From: the human T2T-CHM13v2.0 reference genome, Homo sapiens
Reading direction: 5' to 3' (one strand)
DNA length: 64,000 nucleotides
Assembly: GCF_009914755.1 (NCBI RefSeq)
Contig: NC_060931.1
Position 1 is the stretch's first letter. Every line of letters starts with the position of its first letter. The notes beneath the pieces were generated by a model, which saw only the letters and a list, made by a program, of their open reading frames with translations, was not told the DNA's origin and made no database searches. This document shows, piece after piece, positions 30,439 through 48,800 of this stretch. The translations under genes were made by a program, and so were the position numbers.

Positions 30439-31367
30439 TTAGCACAATCTGAAATTATTTAAAGATAAATACAAGCAAAATTATAAAGTAAAACCATAAA
30501 ATTTTAAACATTTAAAATGTTTAAATAAATGTTTACACATTTAAATAAATACATTTAAATAAAAATAAAAATGTTTAAATAAAAGTTCCTTTATGTAAAG
30601 GGATGCATCATTTTAATTATTTTTAATAAATAAATGAATGATAACAGATTTGTGAAGCTGGAAAAATTGACAACATATACGCAGATACTGTATATATGAG
30701 TTATCAGTTAATAATCCAAAGACATGCTGGTAAGAAACAATTACAGCTGAGTACTCAAGAATTAATTTTCCTGTTACTGTTGGGCAATATAACTTTGCAG
30801 GAGCTGAGTACAAACACTAAACCTGCTTCTTGACTGTTATTTTCTTGTGTCTCTATTGACTGTTATCTTCTTGTATTTCTACATTTATTAAAAAGGGGTT
30901 GGTAGGTAAGATGACAATGTAAATTAAGCAATGAAGTAAATATTTCTATTTACACACTTGGACTTGCTCTAGGCATAATGTAGTTTAAAAATTTATAATT
31001 CTAGGTCAAAAAAGTCAAAAACTGCCTTGAAGGAAATTACTCTGGAAGCCTCTCCAAAGTTTGTAAGCCTTAAAAAATGTCCTATATAAAAACTATAAGC
31101 TGACTACATTATCCATTCAGCTACTACCTTTTATTTAAATAAAATTAAATCAGTCATCACAATATGAAATTGAAAACAACACTGTGATGACTAACAAAGG
31201 TAGGAGAATGCTATTGCTAAATAAAGGACATTAATGCAACTGTAATGGTAATAGAGTAAACAAAATTTACAGGGTAGTTTCATTCACTGTCCTTGGACAT
31301 AGGAGTTAGGTTCTTACACCCCATAAGGAAATGTAGGCCATTAATTGGGGACAGAATAAACTTAAAA

Positions 31368-31832
31368 CTATAAATAGAGGGGGTTGGAGCCAAGATGGCC
31401 GAACAGGAACAGCTCCGGTCTACAGCTCCCAGCGTGACTGAAGCAGAAGACAGGTGATTTCTGCATTTCCATCTGAGGTACCGGGTTCATCTCACTGGGG
31501 AGTGCCAGACAGTGGGTGCAGGACGGTGGGTGCAGTGCACCGTGTGGGAGCCGAAGTGGGGCGAGGCACTGCCTCACTTGGGAAGCGCAAGGGGTCAGGG
31601 AGTTCCCTTTCCTAGTCAAAGAAAGGGGTGACGGATGGCACCTGGAAAATCGGGTCACTCCCACCCTAATACTGCGCTTTTCCGACGGGCTTGGGAAACG
31701 GCGCAACAGGAGATTATATCCCACACCTGACTCGGAGGGTCCTACGCCCACAGAGTCTCGCTGATTGCTAGCACAGCAGTCTGAGATCAAACTGCAAGGC
31801 GGCAGCGAGACTGGGGGAGGGGCGCCCGCCAT
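31368..31832 (-). CDS. L1 ORF0 (antisense 5'UTR ORF), open and C-terminally extended (154 aa)
   Basis: GCAATGG start at 31832; MAGAPPPVSLPPCSLISDCCASNQRDSVGVGPSE matches primate L1 ORF0. Expression is not shown by the sequence. Confidence 0.55.
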   Translation of the reverse strand: MAGAPPPVSLPPCSLISDCCASNQRDSVGVGPSESGVGYNLLLRRFPSPSEKRSIRVGVTRFSRCHPSPLSLTRKGNSLTPCASQVRQCLAPLRLPHGALHPPSCTHCLALPSEMNPVPQMEMQKSPVFCFSHAGSCRPELFLFGHLGSNPLYL

Positions 31833-32000
31833 TGCCCAGGCTTGCTTAGGTAAACAAAGCAGCAGGGAAGCTCGAACTGGGTGGAGCCCACCACAGCTCA
31901 AGGAGGCCTGCCTGCCTGCCTCTGTAGGCTCCACCTCTGGGGGCAGGGCACAGACAAACAAAAAGACAGCAGTAACCTCTGCAGACTTAAATGTCCCTGT
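31380..32000 (-). promoter_or_regulatory. L1 5'UTR sense/antisense promoter region
   Basis: Intact CpG-containing L1PA 5'UTR; antisense promoter activity is established for this family. Confidence 0.6.
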
Positions 32001-32417
32001 CTGACGGCTTTGAAGAAGAGAGCAGTGGTTCTCCCAGCACGCAGCTGGAGATCTGAGAACAGGCAGACTGCCTCCTCAAGTGGGTCCCTGACCCCTGACC
32101 CCCGAGCAGCCTACCTGGGAGGCACCCCCAAGTAGGGGCAGACTGACACCTCACACGGCCGGGTACTCCTCTGAGACAAAACTTCCAGAGGAACGATCAG
32201 ACAGCAGCATTCGCGGTTCACGAAAATCTGCTGGTCTGCAGCCACCGCTGCTCCAGGCAAACAGGGTCTGGAGTGGACCTCTGGCAAACTCCAACAGACC
32301 TGCAGCTGAGGGTCCTGTCTGTTAGAAAGAAAACTAACAAACAGAAAGGACATCCACACCAAAAACCCATCTGTACATCACCATCATCACAGACCAAAAG
32401 TAGATAAAACCACAAAG

Positions 32418-33433
32418 ATGGGGAAAAAACAGAGCAGAAAAACTGGAAACTCTAAAAAGCAGAGCGCCTCTCCTCCTCCAAAGGAATGCAGTTCCTCACC
32501 AGCAACGGAATAAAGCTTGGCAGAGAATGACTTTGACAAGCTGAGAGAAGAAGGCTTCAGACGATCAAACTACTCCGAGCTAAAGGAGAAAATTCAAACC
32601 AAAGGCAAAGAAGTTAAAAACTTTGAAAAAAATTTAGACAAATGTATAACTAGAATAACCAATACAGAGAAGTGCTTAAAGGAGCTGATGGAGCTGAAAG
32701 CCAAGGCTCGAGAACTACGTGAAGAATGCAGAAGCCTCAGGAGCTGATGCGATCAACTGGAAGAAAGGGTATCAGTGATGGAAGATGAAATGAATGAAAT
32801 GAAGCGAGAAGGGAAGTTTAGAGAAAAAAGAATAAAAAGAAATGAACAAAGCCTCCAAGAAATATGAGACTATGTGAAAAGACCAAATCTATGTCTGATT
32901 GGTGTACCTGAAAGTGATGGGGAGAATGGAACCAAGTTGGAAAACACTCTGCAGGATATATCCAGGAGAACTTCCCCAATCTAGCAAGGCAGGCCAACGT
33001 TCAGATTCAGGAAATACAGAGAACGCCACAAAGATACTCCTAAAGAAGAGCAACTCCAAGACACATAATTGTCAGATTCGCCAAAGTTGAAATGAAGGAA
33101 AAAATGTTAAAGGCAGCCAGAGAGAAAGGTCGGGTTACCCACAAAGGGAAGCCCATCAGACTAACAGCGGATCTCTCGGCAGAAACTCTACAAGCCAGAA
33201 GAGAGTGGGGGCCTATATTCAACATTCTTAAAGAAAAGAATTTTCAACCCAGAATTTCATATGCAGCCAAACTAAGCTTCATAAGTGAAGGAGAAATAAA
33301 ATACTTTACAGACAAGCAAATGCTGAGAGATTTTGTCACCATCAGGCCTGCCCTAAAAGAGCTCCTGAAGGAAGCACTAAACATGGAAAGGAACAACCAC
33401 TACCAGCCACTGCAAAATCATGCCAAATTGTAA
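32418..33433 (+). pseudogene. L1 ORF1p, disrupted
   Basis: ATGGGGAAAAAACAG start; in-frame stops (~32511, 32745-32747) and a frameshift; C-terminal ...LQNHAKL intact. Confidence 0.92.
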
Positions 33434-33496
33434 AGACCCTCAAGGCTAGGAAGAAACTGCATCAACTAACGAGCAAAATAACCAGCTAACATCATA

Positions 33497-38923
<5,427 letters not shown>

Positions 38924-39744
38924 ATAATGAGAACACTTGGACACAGGAAGGGGAAGATCACACTCTGGGGTCTGTTGTGGGGTGGCGGGAGGGGGGAGGG
39001 ATAGCATTAGGAGATATACCTAATGCTAAAGGACGAGTTAATGGGTGCAGCACACCAGCATGGCACATGTATACATATGTAACTAACCTGCACATTGTGC
39101 ATATGTACCCTAAAACTTAAAGTATAATAATAATAAAAAAAAGAAAAAAAACTATAAATAGAACAGCCAAATGTGGGAGATAATTATACTAAAATTCTTC
39201 CTCCACTTAAGGTTATTGAATTCTTACATCTAAGAGGTTTTTTTTAAACAGAAAAGGAATTATAATAGTCCAAATGTAACAACCAATATTTAACTATTCA
39301 AATTTGAAAATCTTTCCATTAATCCCAGTTACTGGGTATTTTAGGGTCTACAGTCTAATAAGTACTGAGTTGAAAACCAAACTATTAGCCCTCTAATTTG
39401 ATCAAGAAAGAAGAGTAAGGATACAAACAAACCCTCTCACACATTGTTAAGATGACTATATATCAGTCTGAGTCTTGGCCTGAATACTGATTTTAAACCT
39501 GAGAGAATTATTTTTGAGGGGGCTATGTACTCATATACAAATATTTCCATTAATCACTAACATTTGGGTAGTGACTGGCCTCTCAATTTGTTACATATCA
39601 GACTGGCAATAACTATTAACTTAAAAAAAGCAGGGAAAAGTTTTCTAGATTCTCAAATAAAAATTCCTCAGTTTTAGAAATGTTAAGGTATTCGAGTTCA
39701 ATCATGTTAAATCATAATAAATTATGATTTATTTTAATATAATG

Positions 39745-40019
39745 GCCAATGTTCTTTTTTTTTAGCAGTTTGACTTGAATTCCTATTAATGTTTTTTTCC
39801 AGCAGTTTCATTTGAAAATGACCTTCTGTGATAAAATAACTATTCATAAAACACAAGTCCAAGGAAAAAGAAAAAAGGGTGAAGTTTGAGGCAGATTCAA
39901 TGTTCAAGTTGAAGGTATACACAAATGCTCCTGTGAGAATACCACATACCGAAGTTCATTTAAGACATACAGTTTGAGGGCCTGCCTGCTGTATTGGAAT
40001 ATTAATTTAAACACACTAC
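39745..40019 (+). repeat. direct duplication copy B (partner 27640-27907)
   Basis: See copy A. Confidence 0.9.
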
Positions 40020-40423
40020 TGCTTTCCTCAGTTTTAGCAACATCTTTCAGATGTAGTTATTTATCAAGTCTCTAAATAGAACTTCAGAAAGTGAGGCGTT
40101 TGAAACAATACTTTAATTAATGACACTTTCATAAACCCATGATGGTACATAACACTATTTCTGACTTTATCCATCAAATTTGAAACTAAATCATTCATTA
40201 AGGTATTGTATAATTTTAAAGGTGAATCATCAAGTCTAGAAGGCCTTTTTTTGAACTTTTAAGTTTCACTGCCCTATAGAATCTATACATTATAAATAAA
40301 TACATAAATGTATTATATGTGCTGTTAATAGGAGTCATTCAAACAAAAGTTCTATGATAACATATACCTGGGAAAAGCTATGCTTAAAACAAACATATTT
40401 TCTTTTCCTTTCTGCAAGACTTA

Positions 40424-40847
<424 letters not shown>

Positions 40848-43800
40848 CTAATACAAGGTTGCTTTACTGAGGTTGCTGCTGTTGGCAAACTGAAAAGCAT
40901 ACCGAATGTGTCCAGAATTGTGCACCTAAAGAATGGGAGGCCACGGCATTTATCTCTAAGTTCTTATCCCCATTAACTGAGAATTATTAACAATCTGCAC
41001 TGCTAGTCTGCACTTAGCCACTGAATAAGGGGACAATCTCAGTGGGCTCCAGCAGTGTGGGAGAAAGGCAGAACACAAAAAAGCAGCACTCATTTAAAGT
41101 GGGTCTATGTAAGGGCTAGTGAATCTGAGCTCAAAGTGTCTATCTACCATGGGTGAGGACAAAGGGTGTGCTATGTGAGGCAACACAGGCATCTGTTAGA
41201 AATTCTTAGAGTCCTTGCCATGTCACTATATACTTTGAAACTCAATTTACTCTATAATTATTCTACTAGCTATAAGATGCAAAGAACTGAAAATACACAG
41301 AAACCTACTACCCTACAACTTTTTAGAAGACCTCTAGTTTTTCATACTCAACAAAATTCTCTGAAATACCACCTAATGAAATTTTATGGCTATCTACCTC
41401 ACTGAAGTCCTAAGGAAGAATTCAAACTTTGTAGGCTAATGCAACTCAGATTAACCAAACAACTTCAATTTAACGATTTCATTAACATTGAGGAGTCTGC
41501 AGACTCTCACAAAGTGTGTTGACACTGAAAATTGATGTGATTCATAAAGTGAAGTATACTTAAATATATAACTGACAGTAGAAGATGCACCTGTATATAT
41601 TTTTCCTTCTTTCAACAGATTTTCTTTTAAAAATACTCCATATTAAATGCTACAGAAAATAAAGTTAATGAGCAGGCATTGGTATCAAAAAAAGGGGAGA
41701 AGACATGTAAAATGTGGAAATGCTATAAAAGAGATATGAACCTGACGGGTTCCCTATATCCTATGCAAGGCATCCTGGACCCAAAACTTTTATTTCATAT
41801 ATTTATAAAATAAAAATGTTTCAAACTCTGACTACTGTGTATACATTTTGTTAAAAGTCTGGTGGTTATAAAATTGAACAAAAAACATAGCTGGCCTTTA
41901 GTTATGAGAAAATTCCACTTCCCAAAATACCTCTGAAAGCTTAAGGTAATTTTAAAAATAAATGAAATTATTAAAAAGGAATGAGAAAAAGTATTTTCAT
42001 AATAGCCCATTTTTTGTTTTTATAGTATTTAAAATAATGGTATTTAAATTTTGAGCAAAGTTTTTCAAAGTAATCTATGATTCAGGTTCTAAAATCCAAA
42101 AAAAGTTAGGGTTCACCAGTGCCCAGTATAATATTTAAAACTCCTCTACCAACTCAAACTGCATATACAAACAATATATTAAAACTCAATTTTAAGGATT
42201 TTTTTATCACTTAGTTATTAGGTCAACTAATAATTAAAAGATATACTATTTAAAAGGACAACATTTTTTCATTATTAAAAGGTAAATCAGGAGCTAGAAC
42301 TTCTTGAAGTTTGCATGAAAGGTCTAGTCAACACAGTATAAGAAACATTTAGGTCTTCAAGTTCTATCAGAACTCTCAATGAATTAATAATTAGCCTTAT
42401 GATTTATTTTAATATAATGGCATCTGTGAATGACTCAAAAGTGTTGTAATTAATAACCCATTTTCTTACCAATTTCTTATAGGCATTCTAGAAAAAATAC
42501 ATGTGTCTTAAAGTAAAAGTGAGACAGAGAGAAAGAGAGAGAGAAAGAGACAGGTACAAGGGGAAAGGGAGGCGTGGAGAACAAAATCTGCAATGGGTAC
42601 ACACGTTTTACTTTGACCAACTACAGAGAATTCACAAATTATTTTTAGAAAGCACAATTCAAAAATATATGCTCTACAGCTTAAATTGTCTTACAAAATT
42701 CTAGAACAAAGTTCACATTAACATGACTTCTATTTAGTTATCCCATAACATTTAAATTTTTCAAACACCCATTTTAAAAAACAAATTCGTAATTTTAAAC
42801 ATGAGTGATGCCAACTTAAAGTTGCCAAACCAAGTTCAATATGATAATCAATGAACCAAATTATTTTGAATCTTATATCAAGATAATACCATAACTATTG
42901 CATTGACTAAACTCACCTTCAAAAACACTATGTCACAACTAAAAAATAAATTAGGAGCTACTAATAAAAGGACAATGACAACTAGGAAAGAATAGCACAT
43001 TCATTAATTTAAAAAGAGTTCCATTTTTAATAACTTTGTGATTAAGACATTATTACAATGCAACTGCCTTTGTAAAAAAACAAGTACAAGGAAATGGGTT
43101 TAAAAGTATTTTTGCTCTACATAACATCCAGAAGCGCAGCTCTAAAACAGTTCCAAATTAAAGTGAACCAATGGAATCCCTAAATTATTTATTTAGAGTT
43201 GATATTATTCTTTCTTTATGAATTAACCTCTCTCCTGCCATCTGGTACAGCATTTTTTTTCCTTCAAAATGTAACTGAATTCATATTTTCTTCAAGAGGG
43301 TTTATCTGCCTCCCACTTTATCATCTTACACTTCCCTCATCTGCCATCCTTACGGTACTTTGTCATTCATTTATACATACTGTCTATTAAAACCAGGTGT
43401 GATTTTCCCAATAGAAAGTATAAATGGAAAAGCAAAGACTACTTTTGATTTACAATTTGTATAAATTAGAGAAGTTAATTAGGGTGCTCAGTCAGTGGAG
43501 GACAAAATATTTAAATTTTCATCATGCTCAAAAAATAAACATGAAAAGTATAAACAAATTAAATTAGTTGCTAAGATAAAATTCAAACTACAGAGGATGG
43601 CTTTCAATAAATAGCAGTCACTCAAAAGCAGAATTTAAATTTTTCACAATAGTTACTGTTTTCAAAGTAAGAGTTCCAAGGTCAGAAAAGCAATAATTTC
43701 AATGTCATTTTTCTAGAGACCATTGTTTTAAGCTTATTAAAAAGGCTTTTTCATTTTGTGTTATTGTCAAAAGAAAACCTTGCAGCTGACAGTCCAGTCA

Positions 43801-44104
43801 TATCCATTAAGTTCTTTAATAGCAGTACACAGATCTTTTCGAAAAATTTATTAGCTCAAGGAGAAATGAACAGTAACACCACCAAATAGATAAAGAATTA
43901 CTTATATGTGAAAAAAATGAATAGGTGGTGCTAAGGTTCATGCATTTTTACATGCCAGGACCACTTGATTTTTATATACTTGATGTGTATAAAAATAATA
44001 TTTTTTCTCAATAACTCTATCCTAATTCTCCTTTTTAAAACATACAAAGCACAGAAAATAAGTTAGCAAGTATATATGTGATGCCATTTTAAGATAAAAA
44101 TATA

Positions 44105-44835
44105 TTTACAAACCATATACCTGATAAGGGGTTAATATCCAAAAGATATATAAAAAAAACCTCAAACTGAATAGCAAAAAAACAAATAATCTGACTAAAA
44201 AATGGGCAATGACCTGAATAGATATTTTTCCAAAGACAACACAAAAAATGGCCAATGGGTATATAGAAGGGTGCTCAACAAAACTAATCATCAGGAAAAT
44301 GCAAATTAAAACCACAATAAGATACTACCTCCCATCTGTTAGGATGGCTATTATCAAAAAGACCAGAGATAACAAGCATTGGTGAGGATGTGAAGAAAAG
44401 TGAATCCTGTATACTTATGTTGGGTATGTAAATTAGTACAGCCAAAACAGTATGGAGGTTCCTAAAAAAATTAAAAATAAAACTACTACATGATTCAGCA
44501 ATCCCACTATGGGTATTTATCCAAAGGAAATGAAATCAGTATGTCAAAGAGATATCTGCAATCCTATAATCATTGCAGCATTACTCACAATAGCTAAGAA
44601 ACGAAAATAAATGGAGGTGAATCTATAGTGAAAAGACATGTGAGACTGAGAGTATAGAGAGAGACCGACTGCAAAGAAGTATGAGAAAATTTTGGCAGTG
44701 ATGAAAATGTTCTACGCCTTATTGTGGTAATGGTTTTACAGAGATGCATGCATTGTCAAAACTTACGGAATTATATACTTTAAAAAGACACAATTTACTG
44801 TACATGAATCATATCTCAATAAATTTAATTTTTAA
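44105..44835 (+). mobile_element. old L1 3' fragments
   Basis: atcatcaggaaaatgcaaattaaaaccacaat... and a 3'UTR-like end. Confidence 0.8.
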
Positions 44836-45629
44836 AAATGATGTGCCACAAGCATGGTATATGTTACAAAATTAAGATTATATTTCATTAAATTTGAGGG
44901 CCATCAAATTCTCTAAAAAAGCAAAAAATACATGAGTATCAAAAGTCTTAAACTTTTAGAAATTCAGAACAATTTATTTGATTCTGACTTAGGCATATTG
45001 CCAAATACGGGCCCTAAGATGCCTTATCTGTAGATGACAAGACTACCAAATTCAAGTTCAAAGTACCTTTAATGGTCATTTTCTCTAACACAAGGTAAGT
45101 AAAGAAACTCATGACTAAGTGCAAACAAGTTCAGCTACCATTTCAAGGCATTAAAACAAAATGTTCAGAATTCAGATTGTCTTACATAGTTAAGCCATAC
45201 AACGACCAGTCTTCTCAGCTCTTGAGCACCTGATACAGTGACACATCTAAAAGTGGGATAAAAAACATCCAAGGTGTTTGGTAATTAAGAGCCAAAAAGT
45301 AACCAGAAAACAAAAAGTTTGAAAACCTGCATCTTATAGCCAACATGTTATGAATAGTCATTTCTCTAATGTGGGAAGAAAACACCACCAATATTCTGAC
45401 ATGCTAAAAAGGTTGGACTTTTCATATAAAAACTTAGAAACACAAACAGCAAAAGGGGCAAAAAAAAAAAAAAGAAGAAAAAGAAAAAGTCATTTTAATA
45501 CTGAGAAGACTACAGAACAGTCTAGGTAAAAATTCCAGGAGCCATCCAGTCTTTAATGTCATAGTCCTTAAATGCATTGAAGCAGTATAGCTACAGATAA
45601 AAGAGCTGTTATTTTTAAATTTCTGTATT

Positions 45630-45840
45630 TTACAAGCTTAGTGTGTTTCCTATATGCCAAATGTTGTTTTAAGTGCTTTTCAAATATTAACTCATTTAAT
45701 TATAATACCAATCCATTGAGGCAGATATTTTACTTTATAGATGAGGAAACTGAAGTAGAGCGATTAAGTAAACTTTTCCAAGGTTACACAACAAACCTGG
45801 TAGTCAAAAGCTAAAGTCATGCTCCTAACCACAAACTTTG
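45630..45840 (-). mobile_element. MIR SINE
   Basis: MIR core tttatagatgaggaaactga...aagtaaacttttccaaggttacaca. Confidence 0.7.
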
Positions 45841-46831
45841 CTTCTCTTCATAAGTTTTTAATTCATGAACTTTCATGGATATGAGCAAAGCTTTGCAACA
45901 GAGGAAAGTACACAGACTCTACTAACCACAAACAAATGGTCTTTTGTCAGTCAAATGCAGTTATTTAGTCTCTGCAACTGCATTATTTGTTAGATTTCTG
46001 GCAGTGGTTCTCAACTCTGGCTGCCAATTCTGGCTGCACATTGGAATCACCCAGAAGTTTCATTTAACTGGTCTGGAGTGGCAACTGGTCATTTAGTTTA
46101 ACACTCCCCGGATGAATCCAACGTGTAGCTATGGCTTAAAACCAATGGTGTATAGCAAGGTTGTGAGCTTAAAAGCCTGGCAAAATAATATAGAGAGCAG
46201 GGGGTTGGGACAACCTTAAGAGTCCAATTTAATTAACAAAAAAAAAAACACAACAAAACAAATCAATGCATGGATTAAACTTAATATCTACAAACATTGG
46301 CTCACGGTGTATCTTCTGTTCTTGGAACAGCCTTTTATTATAAACATATCAACGATAAAAATACTTACTCCAAAATGCAAGTCTGTGAACACATCCTATA
46401 AGGCAGATGGAAAGAAATCAAGAAAAATCATAACCAATGTCACCAACATGTTATTCCCTTGTGAAAGTGAACTTCACAGGTGGGTCTATGACCACACAGA
46501 GCACTTGCTTAGTTTAATTTTCAACTTTCAAACAAAAGGATTTATGAACAGCCTTTTGGAACTTAATTTTCATATGTTCAATTAAAAAGTCTTACCCTAA
46601 TTTCTATATAAATGGAAATGGATACTCACATGCTGCTCTAAATGCATGAAGATTAACCACCTATTCTAAAATAAACACAGCAATGGGTATTAGTGTATCT
46701 ACACTTAAAGCACAATAGGTCAGTATAGTTTAGTGGTTGTCAGATGTTAGATTTTGTAACTAGTATAAATTTCACTTCAAATTTAAGAGACTGATATATT
46801 GGGGTTGAAAAATTTTTATCTGTAAATATAA

Positions 46832-47155
<324 letters not shown>

Positions 47156-48634
47156 TCACTATTACCATTTTTATTACCAACATACAGAGAGACATACATT
47201 ATACCCACTACAACATCCTTATGAGAACAAATAAAGATACCATAATGAGTGTAAGGATATATTTACCATTATATTTATAGAAAAATAGAATGCTATTCAG
47301 AATAACTTGGACCATTTAAAAAAGGGTAAAATTAATCTAATATACTCAATTTAAGAAGACATGAGCATAAATTAGAAAACATGGGTATCCACAAGTTAAA
47401 ATTTTAAAGTTATGAATATAAAAAGATAAAACTCAACTATCTGGAAATATTTACATTAGCTTCTTCTGTGCGTGTGCCTTAAATCTACAAGGCCTGGTGC
47501 TATGTACTAAGGCTACAGAGATAAAAGGCAGAGTTTTACTCAAGAAACTAAGTTTAGTAGATAAAACAGACAAATGAACTGGTAAGTTATAAATACCATA
47601 AAGGTAGGCACAATCATGCTATGGAAGCACAAGGTAAGAGGGGCACTTAGGTAGGGGCACTTACTTATGTAGGATTCTGTGCTAGGTGCTGTACACAACT
47701 GTGTTTGTGGGGATGGGGTTTGTGATGATTAATAAAAACCCAGATCTTTGTTTCAAGAGTTTACATTACAATAAACTGGCCTAAAAGACCAACCACGAAG
47801 AGGTCATTTCAAAAGAGGCCTGAAGATCGGACTCTAAACCATAATCCTTAATAATCTAGATTTAAAGTTGTTAAAAACATTATGCTGCTAAACTTCCAGT
47901 ACAACAGTACTTCTGATTTAAAGAGGAACATTTTAGAAAATTTTACTTGAATTGGTGGGGGAAGGAAGAGGGGCAGGGATAATGCCCAGGAGCCATCCAA
48001 TCCTTAATGCTACCCTGAAGACATAAAGACAGAATAGCTACGGTTAACATCTCTATTATTTTTGTTACTTAAGGAGGGTAGGGATCCTGCTGCTTTTGCT
48101 AATTAGCAAGGACTAGTAAAAACAGGAGCTCCAAAAGTACTGTATGATAAAACAGCAAAGTCTCCACTTAATCGTCAAATGTGAACAATGTATGAGATTG
48201 CTCTAGGAAATTAACAAAAATACTGAAGAAGATATGATTATAATAGGAACTATGTGACAAATGTGCCTGACTTATTTAGACACTATAGAAATGGCTACCA
48301 AAAGATAGAAAACTAATATAAAAATGTGTCAAAACTATCAATGAAGAAATTTAAAAACAACTTCTTAAAGTGTGCCTTAAAAACAAGTAGCTCCTTACAC
48401 AGTGGTGCAGCGAGACTACCTATTATTGAAAAATCATTAACTCATTCAGTTATCTCAACTGATGTTTCACTCTGTATACTGTATTTTTATGACAGAAATA
48501 AATATTTCATAGGCACATATGAGGAAGGAATGAATGTGAAAAACAATTTGAACTCCCAGGACGAGCACATCCTTTAGTAAAGTACCCTGCTTTTCTTTGC
48601 AACAGAAAAATCTTAGTTCAATGTTTTCTCAAAA

Positions 48635-48800
48635 AGTGTTCCAATGATCACCTGAATTAGAATCACATGAGGGACATTAAATATGCAGATTCCTGGGCCC
48701 CAAATCTCAGATCCACCAAATTGCTTTCTGGGGACCTAAGAATCAGCATTTTAAAAAGTTCACTGGAAGATTCTGGAGCCAACTAACGTTTTAAGAACCA
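48635..48800. mobile_element. MER5A-like hAT remnant
   Basis: agaatcac...atgcagattcctgggcccca...aatcagcattttaa; a similar remnant lies at ~46002-46150. Confidence 0.6.

Noticed and set aside
30490-30590. AT-rich inverted and direct repeats upstream of exon 2
   Set aside because: Low complexity; no specific structure supportable.
39985-39993. METTL16-type SAM-sensitive splice acceptor (UACAG), attractive in a SAM-sensor gene
   Set aside because: Sequence is UACAGCAGG, not the UACAGARAA nonamer, and no hairpin is evident.
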